Below, one piece after another: positions 40,039 through 49,287 of a stretch of DNA of 64,000 nucleotides. Below the pieces are notes generated by a model. That model made no database searches. It saw only the letters and a list, made by a program, of their open reading frames with translations, and was not told the origin of the DNA. The stretch's first letter is position 1; each line of letters starts with the position of its first letter. Position numbers and translations under genes: made by a program. Source of the DNA: Bacteroidia bacterium (GTDB lineage Bacteria; Bacteroidota; Bacteroidia; NS11-12g; UBA9320); NCBI GenBank assembly GCA_965216465.1, contig CBDCFW010000005.1:256001-320000 (forward strand), written 5' to 3'.

Positions 40039-41115
40039 TTATTTTAAATGTGCTTGTTTTTGCTTGATTTCCGTTATTCGGGCGGCAAAATACGCGGATT
40101 TTGAAGGATTTTGCAAACTTAATTTTTCGTAACCTTTTATAGCCAGATCAAAGTGCCCTTGCTTTTCGTAAATCGCCACCAAAGTCTCAGAAATTACCTC
40201 CATATTGTCGGTTTCACTTTCTAGAGCTTTGTCATGAACATTGTAGAATGAACGGGTTTGTATGGGCTTAGATCGTTTCGTCGCTAGAAATTGATCCAAT
40301 AAACCTTGTACTTGATCCGGTGACTTGTCTTTTGGAGCTTCTTTCTTTGGTTCGGCATCATCTCCAACGTGATTTAGCCAATACATAAAGTCTTTATCTT
40401 CACCGCTTTCCGCTTCCTCTTTCTCCTCAATTATTTTTTCTAACTCAACCTCAGGATTGTATACCACACGATCAAAAGGAATTTCCACACGTTCGGTTAC
40501 TTCCTCCTTGGCCTCAGGCTTGAGTTCTTTTAATGGGTCGTATTTTACTACAGCATCAAAGTCAACCTTTAGCCCTTTAGCCTCTTTTTCTAGTTTAGAT
40601 TCAACCGGCTGTATTTCTGACTTTTCTTCTATAGAATCAGGTGTTTTAACCTCCTTTGGTTCTTCTTCTAACTGATCAAGCTTCTCAGGCTCTTCTTCAA
40701 TCGCCTCAACAACTCTTTGTTCTTCCGTCTCTTCTTTTTGGATTTCCTCTTCCTTCACCTCCTCCACTATTTCTTCAACAACATCGTTGATTACAATTTC
40801 GTGAGCTTCAGACTCTTTTTCTGTCAAGGTTTCTTCGGTTGGAAGACCAATTTGTTCCGGTTCTGCAACTACTATATGGTCACTTGAATGTATTAAATCA
40901 AAAAGCAGCTTTCGATCTCCAGCATACATAGCCGCTTGCTTGAGATACTTATTCTTTAAGAATGAATCTTCATTAAAGTGAGCTTTAGCTAAAAGTAGAT
41001 GGTAGGTACTACACCAAGGTTCTTGCTTTATTTTTTGATCGAGCAATGTCGCTTCAGCCTGTTTCAACTCTGAAGGCCGATTTACCCATTGTGCTATGTT
41101 AACCTGCTCTACCAA
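40039..41115 (-). CDS. Protein with helical N-terminus, long acidic linker and C-terminal TPR-like motif
   Basis: AAMYAGDRKLLF; E-rich middle; SETLVAIYEKQG...YEKLSLQNPSKSAYFA. Confidence 0.82.
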   Translation of the reverse strand: MVEQVNIAQWVNRPSELKQAEATLLDQKIKQEPWCSTYHLLLAKAHFNEDSFLKNKYLKQAAMYAGDRKLLFDLIHSSDHIVVAEPEQIGLPTEETLTEKESEAHEIVINDVVEEIVEEVKEEEIQKEETEEQRVVEAIEEEPEKLDQLEEEPKEVKTPDSIEEKSEIQPVESKLEKEAKGLKVDFDAVVKYDPLKELKPEAKEEVTERVEIPFDRVVYNPEVELEKIIEEKEEAESGEDKDFMYWLNHVGDDAEPKKEAPKDKSPDQVQGLLDQFLATKRSKPIQTRSFYNVHDKALESETDNMEVISETLVAIYEKQGHFDLAIKGYEKLSLQNPSKSAYFAARITEIKQKQAHLK

Positions 41116-41615
41116 TTAATTGCAGCTTTATTAAAGATTTTTTGAACCAGCATTTCTGAAATTTCTGATACCAATTGATCTTCAACGGTACTGAAATTTT
41201 CGTTAGCATCAAAATCTTGAAAATTGGTAAATTTCTCTTCAAAGGCAATTTTGGGATCTATTTCACATTCCAATTTAACACTTACCGTTATGGTTAGCCT
41301 ATTTTGTTGTGCGTTATCGGTATTCTGTGCAGATACTGGGGCTATCACAAAGTTTGTGATATTGCCCGAAAAAGAGTAATCTCCGGCTTTTTCAACTATG
41401 CTTAAATTGGTTTCTGAAATAAATTTCTGTTTCAGTTCCTCTGTTAAGGTTTGACTAAGCAAAGGTGAATTTATGGGTGCATTATTTTCAAAAAAAGCAA
41501 CGGAGAATGTCTTAACATCAGGATGAATTGAAGTACCCGAAAATGAATAAAACTTACAACCTTGAAACAAGCTTGCAACCAGAACCAATCCAATAATTTT
41601 ACTTATCAATCTCAT
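41109..41615 (-). CDS. lptE: LPS assembly lipoprotein LptE family
   Basis: Lipobox FQGC, YSFSGTSI, NRLTITV, IFNKAAINW. Confidence 0.82.
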   Translation of the reverse strand: MRLISKIIGLVLVASLFQGCKFYSFSGTSIHPDVKTFSVAFFENNAPINSPLLSQTLTEELKQKFISETNLSIVEKAGDYSFSGNITNFVIAPVSAQNTDNAQQNRLTITVSVKLECEIDPKIAFEEKFTNFQDFDANENFSTVEDQLVSEISEMLVQKIFNKAAINW

Positions 41616-42831
41616 ATTGTTTGATTTTTCTGTACAGCGTTCGTTCCGAAATGCCTAGCTCTTTTGCAGCCTTCTTTCTTCTTCCATTATTCTTAAGCAA
41701 AGCTTTACGGATCAACTCTTCTTCTTTAGCTTCTAAGGAAAGTACTTCATTCTCACTTACCGTATCCTGCTCCTCAATAACAATTGGATGATACTCCTCT
41801 TGATTATCAACAGGAACTATATTGGTTTCCTGAGGTAGGCGCTCTTCTGCTAGCAATTGGGTCACCAACGCTTTGTTAGTTTCAACGTACTCTTCACTCG
41901 GTTGATTGTTCTCAAGCATACCAAACACCACCTTTTTCAGTTCAGAAACATCTTTTTTTAGATCAATAAGAACCTTGTAAAAAATATCGCGTTCTGAAAC
42001 ATCAGAGGAGCCAGTATTTTCTTTGTAAATAGCAGGAAGAGAGCGTTCAGTTCGTTCTGGAAGATACCTTCTGATTACTTCGGCACTGATACCTGGACCT
42101 TGCTCCAAAACCGCAATTTGTTCTGCAATATTTTTAAGTTGTCGAATGTTTCCTGGCCAACGATAATTCATCAGAACCTGTTCTGCATCAAGGGTAAGTT
42201 CTAGTGGATGATTTCTATACTTCTCTGACGCGTCGAATGCAAATTTTTGAAATAATAGCACCACATCTCCAGGTCGTTCTCGCAATGGGGGTACATGAAT
42301 TGGAAGTGTAGACAGCCTATAGTATAAGTCTTCTCTAAACTTGCCTGCTTCAACTTGTGATATTAGGTCTTTGTTTGTTGCCGTGATTATTCGAACATCT
42401 GTTTTCTGAACCTTCGAGCTTCCTACGCGAATAAACTCGCCATTCTCTAATACTCTTAAGAGTCGGCTTTGGGTTTCTAGTGGAAGTTCTCCTACTTCAT
42501 CAAGAAAAATAGTCCCTCCGCTAGCGCTTTCAAAATAACCTTTACGGTTATCAACCGCTCCAGTAAATGCTCCTTTCTCATGTCCAAAAAGCTCAGAATT
42601 TATAGTACCCTCTGGTAATGCTCCGCAGTTTATAGCTATAAAAGTTCCATGCTTTCGGGCGCTAAGTTGATGAATAATCTTCGAAAAAGATTCTTTTCCA
42701 GACCCACTCTCACCCTGCACATAAACGGTTAATTCAGTTGGAGCAACCCGCATCGCAGTTTCAAGTGCATAGTTCAACTTCGGTGAATTACCTATGATCT
42801 CAAAACGTTGTTTTACTTGTTGTAAATTCAT
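41599..42831 (-). CDS. Sigma-54-interacting AAA+ regulator (bEBP) with Fis-type HTH and no sensory domain
   Basis: GESGSGKE, SELFGHEKGAFTGA, FLDEVGE, FREDLYYRL, WPGNIRQL, LGISERTLYRK; likely start ATG 42831. Confidence 0.93.
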   Translation of the reverse strand: MNLQQVKQRFEIIGNSPKLNYALETAMRVAPTELTVYVQGESGSGKESFSKIIHQLSARKHGTFIAINCGALPEGTINSELFGHEKGAFTGAVDNRKGYFESASGGTIFLDEVGELPLETQSRLLRVLENGEFIRVGSSKVQKTDVRIITATNKDLISQVEAGKFREDLYYRLSTLPIHVPPLRERPGDVVLLFQKFAFDASEKYRNHPLELTLDAEQVLMNYRWPGNIRQLKNIAEQIAVLEQGPGISAEVIRRYLPERTERSLPAIYKENTGSSDVSERDIFYKVLIDLKKDVSELKKVVFGMLENNQPSEEYVETNKALVTQLLAEERLPQETNIVPVDNQEEYHPIVIEEQDTVSENEVLSLEAKEEELIRKALLKNNGRRKKAAKELGISERTLYRKIKQYEIDK

Positions 42832-42838
42832 GCTCAAC

Positions 42839-42851
42839 TGCAAAAATGGCA
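42839..42851. promoter_or_regulatory. Near-palindrome TGCAA-N3-TGGCA overlapping the bEBP -7-like box
   Basis: TGCAAaaaTGGCA covers minus-strand CATTTTTG (42841-42848); extra TGGCA half-site at 42868-42872. Confidence 0.5.
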
Positions 42852-42916
42852 GTTATTTTTAAAATAATGGCAGAATTCTAGACTTAGATTGATTTTATTT
42901 AGCTTAAATCAAAATC

Positions 42917-44713
42917 TTATTGTAGGAAATAGTTCTTAACCTGGATGTCGAAGGGCATCATGGCTTGAACATTATGCTTGCTTCCCCACTGCTTAATTTC
43001 AGAAATGTATTTCACATAGGGACCAACAGAAGTTCCTTCCGTAATCTTAGTAAGTTCAGCTTGCATGCTTGTTTTTCCTTGTAGCTTATCTACAAAGAGA
43101 GAAATAGGATCTTGAGCTTTTGGATACTCACTCACCTTATACTCTTCAATTCCTGCTTCTGCTGCAGCAACTTCGATAGCCTTCTCTAATCCTCCTAGTT
43201 CATCAACCAAACCAATTTCTTGAGCCATTACACCGGTCCAAACTCGGCCTTGGGCTATTGAATCAACCCCTTCAATGGTCATGTCTCTTGATTCGCTTAC
43301 TCGTGCCAAGAACGTATCGTAAATATCATCAATTATCTGCTCGATATAAGCACGTTCTTCAGTAGTAAGTGCTCGATCTATTCTACCAATATCTGAGTGA
43401 GAGCCCGTTCCTACATACTCAAAGTTTAATCCGAGTTTTTCGTTAAGCAGTTCTTTTGCATTTGGAATTAAACCAAAAACTCCAATGGAACCAGTTATTG
43501 TAGTAGGTTCAGCAATAATCTTGTTTGAAGCTAATGAAATGTAATAGCCTCCGCTTGCTGCAACATCTCCCATACTAGTAATAAGTGGCTTTTCCTGAGC
43601 TAGCAACTGCGCTTCTCTCCAGATAATGTCTGATGCCAGTGAACTACCTCCTCTTGAATTTACACGAAGAACGACTGCTTTTACTCTATCATTTTCCCTT
43701 ACTTTCTTCAACGTAGCAACCACATCTTCCGCAGCAATTTGTGATCCGTCTCCTTTTCCTCCTACAATATCACCGTCAGCATAAACAACGGCAATTCGAT
43801 CTCTTCCGCTGCTATGAGGCGAATTGATTTTCTTACTGTATTTCAAAGGACTTAGCAATGTTACTTTAGAAGTGGTTTCTAATCCCATTCTTGTTTTCAT
43901 TGCAGCATAAAACTCATCACGGTAAACAGCACCATCGATGTAATTGCCTGCTACAAAATCTTCAATAGATCTCAACTTTAACTCGTCGGCATGTTTTTTA
44001 AGTGTATCAATGCTAATTCCTCGAGTCTCAGCAATTTTCATGAGTGTTTGATCAAAAACAGAATTGATGTACGTTTCAATTTGAAGTCTGTTCTCTGGAC
44101 TTAAACTGGTACGGGTATACGGTTCAACTGCTCCTTTAAACTTCCCTGCTCGAACAACCTGCATGTCAACTCCTAATTTTTCAAGCGTGTTGGCAAAGAA
44201 TGCAATCTCAGCAACCATGCCGGTGAATGCCATTTGTCCTTCAGGATTAATGAAGACGCTGTCGGCAACACTGGCTAAGTAATAGGTTGGATAATAGTAG
44301 TAATCAGCATAGGCATAAACAAACTTACCTGTCGACTTAAAATCTTCAAGCTTGTTTCTTAGCTCTGTTAAACGAGCATAACCCGTTTGCAGTGTTGTAA
44401 GATCAAGAATAATACCCTCAATTTTTGCATCTTCTTTAGCAACCTCTATGCAATCTAACAAATCGCTCAAACCTACAGGCACTTGAACGTTTGGATCTAA
44501 CGCTGATAATGCAGCTAGTGGGTTTTGATTATTCACCCTATCTTTAAGTTCATAGTTCAACTTTAGGTTTAAAACGGTATTCGTTGGAATTTTCACTTCT
44601 GGCTTAGAAGTGGATGCTATACCTATCAACATCACCATAAAAAAACCAACTAGTAATGCAGCGGCTAGTAAATACCCCAGTGCTGATGCTAAAACTACTT
44701 TTAAAAATCTCAT
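42917..44713 (-). CDS. sppA: Signal peptide peptidase SppA, 67K type
   Basis: GKFKGAVEPY, LRVNSRGGS, SMGDVAASGGYY, TGSIGVFG, AQGRVWTG; likely start ATG 44713. Confidence 0.96.
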   Translation of the reverse strand: MRFLKVVLASALGYLLAAALLVGFFMVMLIGIASTSKPEVKIPTNTVLNLKLNYELKDRVNNQNPLAALSALDPNVQVPVGLSDLLDCIEVAKEDAKIEGIILDLTTLQTGYARLTELRNKLEDFKSTGKFVYAYADYYYYPTYYLASVADSVFINPEGQMAFTGMVAEIAFFANTLEKLGVDMQVVRAGKFKGAVEPYTRTSLSPENRLQIETYINSVFDQTLMKIAETRGISIDTLKKHADELKLRSIEDFVAGNYIDGAVYRDEFYAAMKTRMGLETTSKVTLLSPLKYSKKINSPHSSGRDRIAVVYADGDIVGGKGDGSQIAAEDVVATLKKVRENDRVKAVVLRVNSRGGSSLASDIIWREAQLLAQEKPLITSMGDVAASGGYYISLASNKIIAEPTTITGSIGVFGLIPNAKELLNEKLGLNFEYVGTGSHSDIGRIDRALTTEERAYIEQIIDDIYDTFLARVSESRDMTIEGVDSIAQGRVWTGVMAQEIGLVDELGGLEKAIEVAAAEAGIEEYKVSEYPKAQDPISLFVDKLQGKTSMQAELTKITEGTSVGPYVKYISEIKQWGSKHNVQAMMPFDIQVKNYFLQ

Positions 44714-44767
44714 ATTGTTTATTCTGTTTATTGCTTGAACCAAACCTTCTTACAGGTACAGCTTTAT

Positions 44768-44794
44768 AACAACGAATTAAGTTTGAAGGTTACA
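44768..44794 (-). promoter_or_regulatory. Candidate ECF promoter of sppA
   Basis: Minus strand TGTAACC-N16-TGTT, same geometry as the two promoters at 35672-35754. Confidence 0.6.
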
Positions 44795-44868
44795 GGATTA
44801 AGTAGCTTTATCGGTAAATGACAAATATATCTCGTTAAATATTTGGTTTCCATTTACATTTGCCCACC

Positions 44869-45636
44869 ATGCAGGCAAGTGTTGTAATCTCCTACTACAA
44901 AAATGTGGAGGCTTTAGCCCTTCTATTAAAAGCCCTAAATCAACAATCAACCTTGCCTCAAGAAGTTATTATTGCAGAAGACGATAATGACGAGACGACT
45001 TCACAATTTTTATCGTCAAATGTGAAAGCTCACAATTTCAAGCTTGTTCACCTCTATCAAGATGAGAACATCGGATTTAGAAAAAATCAAATGTTAAATC
45101 GAGCAGTGGCTTCTTCTAAAAATGAACTCATAGCATTTTTAGATGGAGATTGTATTCCGCATAAGCACTGGTTAGCAATGTGCATTAAACATACAGAGCC
45201 CAAAAAACCAGTATTTGGAAGAAGAGTAATGCTTGGACCAAAATTTACAGATAAGGTCTACAAACAAAGTATCGATCAGTTTTCGTTTATCAATCTTTTA
45301 TTTTCTGATTCGAAACGCGTTAAGTATGGTTTGTTTCTTCCCTTTTTCGGTATACAAAAACGAAGCGGAATGTGGGGTTGCAATTGGGCAATTTACAAAT
45401 CAGACCTGTTAGCAATAGACGGATTCGACGAACAATACACCCGAGCTGGAATCGGCGAAGATGTAGATGTTGAGTGGCGTTTGAACGAAGCAGGAATATT
45501 CTTCTCGTCAGTGCGGCATCATGCTTTGGTGTACCATTTACATCACGAATCAAACTATTCTGATGATGATGTAAATTTCAACAAAGCCATCTTAGCAAAG
45601 AAGAAAACTGCAAAAGAGAACAACGTCTCAAAGTAG
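44869..45636 (+). CDS. Glycosyltransferase family 2
   Basis: IIAEDD, FLDGDC, GCNW, GFDE, EDVD; ATG 6 nt after TACATTTG (44855-44862). Confidence 0.92.
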   Translation: MQASVVISYYKNVEALALLLKALNQQSTLPQEVIIAEDDNDETTSQFLSSNVKAHNFKLVHLYQDENIGFRKNQMLNRAVASSKNELIAFLDGDCIPHKHWLAMCIKHTEPKKPVFGRRVMLGPKFTDKVYKQSIDQFSFINLLFSDSKRVKYGLFLPFFGIQKRSGMWGCNWAIYKSDLLAIDGFDEQYTRAGIGEDVDVEWRLNEAGIFFSSVRHHALVYHLHHESNYSDDDVNFNKAILAKKKTAKENNVSK

Positions 45637-45727
45637 GTCATACTGTAAAAATCAACGATTTACTACAAATCAACTGAATTGTCACCGTTTGATTTGCTCC
45701 GTAAAAACAGATCTGACCGTTTTAGTG

Positions 45728-46771
45728 ATGAATGATAATTTGGATGCTGCCCTCAGAAAGTTTAAGTACCGATTAAAAGCAGTTATCCCCCCAAATTTAA
45801 ATGTAGCCAGAGAATTGGCACAATTACTTGAAGTAAGCAAAGAAGGTGCTTACCGACGACTAAGAGGGGCCTCTCCTTTTACACTCCAAGAACTCTTGCT
45901 GATTACATCAACCTATGGTGTTTCATTAGACTATTTGGATACCAAACACAATTTAACTCCATTTGCTCACCTTGCACAACTTGGCCAAATGGAAAATTTT
46001 CAAGCCTATTTACAGGTGCTTGATGAACAGCTTGAGTTAGCTGGTCAAGATTCAAATACATCTGTTTACAACCTCTGCGAAGACCTTCCTTTTTTTAGGC
46101 AGCTTGGGTACAATCACCTCAATCAATTTAAAATCTATTATTGGTTAAATTTTTCAGCTTGTTGTGCCAAGCAGAAAGGGCAATTTGAAGCTACTGACTT
46201 AAATTCTGATTTGGCCTATCAATTCACCAATCTACACCACAAATATTTGCATTGCAACACAACCGAAATATGGACTGGTCTGACTCAAAGTAAAACCTTG
46301 AATCAGTTGGAATACTTGCATAAACAAAAACACTTTAGATCTGATGAGGAGTGCTATTATGTTTATCGCGATTTGGTTCACCTTCAGGCCGACCTCAAAA
46401 GAGATTCGTCAGCTTGTGTTAAGTTCTCAAACGATGGTGAAATTGGAGGAGCGTATCACTTGTATAAGAGTGAACTATATTTAGAGAACGGTGGAATCTA
46501 TTTGACAGGGAGCAAACCCCAGTTTCTAGCAATTGGTATGAACGGAAGCGGATCTGTTCAAACCTCTGATCCTATGGTGCTTGAAGAATACCACAGTCGA
46601 CTAGCTAATGTTGTATCCAACTCATTGCTCTTGAGCGGTCACTCATCTTATTTCAGAAAAGATTTCATTCAAGAAAATCTGAATCAAATTTATTACTCCG
46701 CAAAACGTGTACTACCTCCTCCTTTTATGAAGAGACTGCAATCTGAAATGAAACTGCTCGAAAAAAACTAA
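45728..46771 (+). CDS. Putative transcriptional regulator: N-terminal HTH plus large uncharacterised domain
   Basis: ELAQLLEVSKEGAYRRLRGASPFTLQE...YGVSLD; TTEIW motif; likely start ATG 45728. Confidence 0.75.
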   Translation: MNDNLDAALRKFKYRLKAVIPPNLNVARELAQLLEVSKEGAYRRLRGASPFTLQELLLITSTYGVSLDYLDTKHNLTPFAHLAQLGQMENFQAYLQVLDEQLELAGQDSNTSVYNLCEDLPFFRQLGYNHLNQFKIYYWLNFSACCAKQKGQFEATDLNSDLAYQFTNLHHKYLHCNTTEIWTGLTQSKTLNQLEYLHKQKHFRSDEECYYVYRDLVHLQADLKRDSSACVKFSNDGEIGGAYHLYKSELYLENGGIYLTGSKPQFLAIGMNGSGSVQTSDPMVLEEYHSRLANVVSNSLLLSGHSSYFRKDFIQENLNQIYYSAKRVLPPPFMKRLQSEMKLLEKN

Positions 46772-46812
46772 TTTATCGATTCTATTCGTGCAGATAGAAC
46801 TAAATTTGCCCC

Positions 46813-48159
46813 ATGATTTCAGAACTTTCTGCAATAAGCCCAATTGATGGGCGCTATAGAGGTAAGGTTAGTGCATTGGCTCCATATTTTTCAGAATACG
46901 GCCTATTCAAGTACAGGGTTTGGGTTGAAATTGAGTATTTTGTTGCACTGTCGAAGCTAGGTCTTAAACAGTTTCCAGCATTGAGTGATGCTAACACTGA
47001 ATTTCTAAGAAGCTTGTATCTCAATTTTACTGAAAATCATGCACAAGAAATTAAAGACATCGAAAAGGTAACAAACCACGATGTAAAAGCTGTTGAATAT
47101 TTTATCAAAGAAAAAATCAAAGGAACTGAGCTTGAAGAGTTTCAAGAGTTTGTTCACTTTGGTTTAACAAGTCAAGATGTAAACAATACGGCCATTCCTT
47201 TCAGCTTACGTTTAGGAATTCACGAACAAATCATTCCAAGCATTGAAGAAGTAATTGCTCAAATTAGCAACTTTGCAAATGAATGGAAGTCTGTTCCTCT
47301 TCTAAGCAGAACGCATGGGCAGGCTGCAACACCATCTACAATGGGAAAAGAGTTTACCGTTTTTGCAGAACGTTTAACTATCCAGCTCAACACCCTGAAA
47401 CAAACGCCTATAAGTGCCAAGTTTGGTGGGGCAACTGGTGCATACAACGCACATCGATTGGCTTTCCCAAATATTGATTGGCCAAGCTTTGGTGACAGTT
47501 TAGTTGAAGGGCTTGGCTTGGTTAGAAGTTATCCGACTACTCAAATCGACCACTACGATCAGCTCGCTGCAGTATTTGATGCTCTTCGTCGAATCAACAT
47601 CATCCTTATGGACTTTGCGAAGGATGTTTGGCAGTATATCAGCATGGATTTCTTCAAACAAAAAATTGTTAAGGGAGAAGTTGGATCATCTGCCATGCCT
47701 CATAAGGTGAATCCTATTGATTTTGAGAATGCTGAAGGGAATTTAGGAATTGCAAACGCTATTCTTGACCACTTGAGCAATAAACTTCCAATTTCAAGGT
47801 TGCAAAGAGACCTTACAGACTCAACTGTTCTTCGTAACATTGGCGTGCCTTTAGGCCATATTATGATTGCGATTAAGAGCTTGCAAAAAGGCATGGGCAA
47901 GCTCATCCTAAATCAAGAGGCCATTACCCAAGACCTTGACCGCAATTGGGCAGTAGTTGCTGAGGCAATTCAAACAATTCTCAGAAGAGAAAAAGTTGAA
48001 GGTGCTTATGAATTACTTAAAGACCTAACCCGAACCAACGATGGAATAAATGAAGAGTCTATTGCAACATTTGTAAATAAGTTAGACGTTGCAGATGACG
48101 TAAAACAAGAAATCAGCTCGATTACTCCTTTCAATTATTTGGGTTATGCCGCAGACTAA
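46813..48159 (+). CDS. purB: Adenylosuccinate lyase
   Basis: ISPIDGRY, TNHDVKAVEY, RTHGQ, GSSAMPHKVNPIDFEN; -7 box at 46801-46808. Confidence 0.98.
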   Translation: MISELSAISPIDGRYRGKVSALAPYFSEYGLFKYRVWVEIEYFVALSKLGLKQFPALSDANTEFLRSLYLNFTENHAQEIKDIEKVTNHDVKAVEYFIKEKIKGTELEEFQEFVHFGLTSQDVNNTAIPFSLRLGIHEQIIPSIEEVIAQISNFANEWKSVPLLSRTHGQAATPSTMGKEFTVFAERLTIQLNTLKQTPISAKFGGATGAYNAHRLAFPNIDWPSFGDSLVEGLGLVRSYPTTQIDHYDQLAAVFDALRRINIILMDFAKDVWQYISMDFFKQKIVKGEVGSSAMPHKVNPIDFENAEGNLGIANAILDHLSNKLPISRLQRDLTDSTVLRNIGVPLGHIMIAIKSLQKGMGKLILNQEAITQDLDRNWAVVAEAIQTILRREKVEGAYELLKDLTRTNDGINEESIATFVNKLDVADDVKQEISSITPFNYLGYAAD

Positions 48160-48514
48160 GCATACATTGGTAATTGGAGCTACTCCAAATCCTTCACGCT
48201 TCGCAAATATTGCTACCCACATGCTACTGGAGTATGATCATCCGGTGACACTATATGGCATTAAGAAAGGAAGTATTGGACACTTGCCAATTTTAAATGA
48301 GTGGCCAGATTCTGGAGATTTTGATACGATTACCTTGTACATTAACCCGTCTATTCAGGAGCGATACCTTCAACAGATACTTGATTTAAACCCAAAACGA
48401 ATCATTTTTAATCCGGGTACAGAAAACCCAAAATTGGTCGAATTGGCACGTTCGCAAAATATTGAAGCATTAAATGCTTGTACCTTAGTACTTTTGCGTA
48501 CCGGACAATATTAA
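48146..48514 (+). CDS. CoA-binding domain protein (YccU-like)
   Basis: VIGAT, DTITLY, IFNPGTEN, ACTLVLL. Confidence 0.9.
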   Translation: MPQTKHTLVIGATPNPSRFANIATHMLLEYDHPVTLYGIKKGSIGHLPILNEWPDSGDFDTITLYINPSIQERYLQQILDLNPKRIIFNPGTENPKLVELARSQNIEALNACTLVLLRTGQY

Positions 48515-48518
48515 AATT

Positions 48519-49286
48519 ATGCATAAATTCTTAATAATCTGCTTAGCAGTGGTCGTGGCATCATGCCAAAACAGAACAGAACAGCTATTGAGCGAAATTC
48601 AAGAGATTGAAAAATCTGAAAAGCGAGGCACTCCTGAAGGGCTTAAAGAACTAGCAGCTTTGCATGCAGAATATGGCTTAGATAACCATGACTCCATTTC
48701 GAACGAATACCTCTACTCAGCTGGAATGTATTATTTCATGGAAAACGATTATGACCAAGCAGAGACCCTGTTCTTTGAGTACATTTCACGAGATGATAGT
48801 ACTGAGCGTTTTAAAATGGCAACACTATTTCTCGCAAAGGTTTTAGCAAGCGAAAAACGCTACAGCGAAGCCGACGAATTAATCTCTGAGGTTTTAGAGC
48901 AACATTTGCCTAACTACCAACAATGGCATGAAATAATTGCACTCTACGATAACAAAGTCAAAGAAGACCCAAAACCTGCTGATTATGAAAGACTTGCATT
49001 AGCCTACACCGCAGTTGGAAGATTTGATATCGCATTAAAAAAATTAGATACCAGTATTGAGAATTACCCAGACAATGAAAATAGGTCTGACTTAATTTAT
49101 AGAGGTGGATTTATTGCTTGGGAGTATCTAAAAGATGAAGAACAAGCAGCTAGATATTACAATAAGTTTTTGCAAGAATATCCCAATGACCCTAAGGCTG
49201 GCGAAGTTAAAAACATACTCTCTTCAGGTATGCTCTCAATGTCTGACGAAGAAGTTCTTGAAATGTTAAAAGGTAATGCACAATAA
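48519..49286 (+). CDS. TPR-repeat lipoprotein
   Basis: Lipobox VASC; TPR-like helices, YNKFLQEYPNDP. Confidence 0.82.
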   Translation: MHKFLIICLAVVVASCQNRTEQLLSEIQEIEKSEKRGTPEGLKELAALHAEYGLDNHDSISNEYLYSAGMYYFMENDYDQAETLFFEYISRDDSTERFKMATLFLAKVLASEKRYSEADELISEVLEQHLPNYQQWHEIIALYDNKVKEDPKPADYERLALAYTAVGRFDIALKKLDTSIENYPDNENRSDLIYRGGFIAWEYLKDEEQAARYYNKFLQEYPNDPKAGEVKNILSSGMLSMSDEEVLEMLKGNAQ

Positions 49287-49287
49287 C

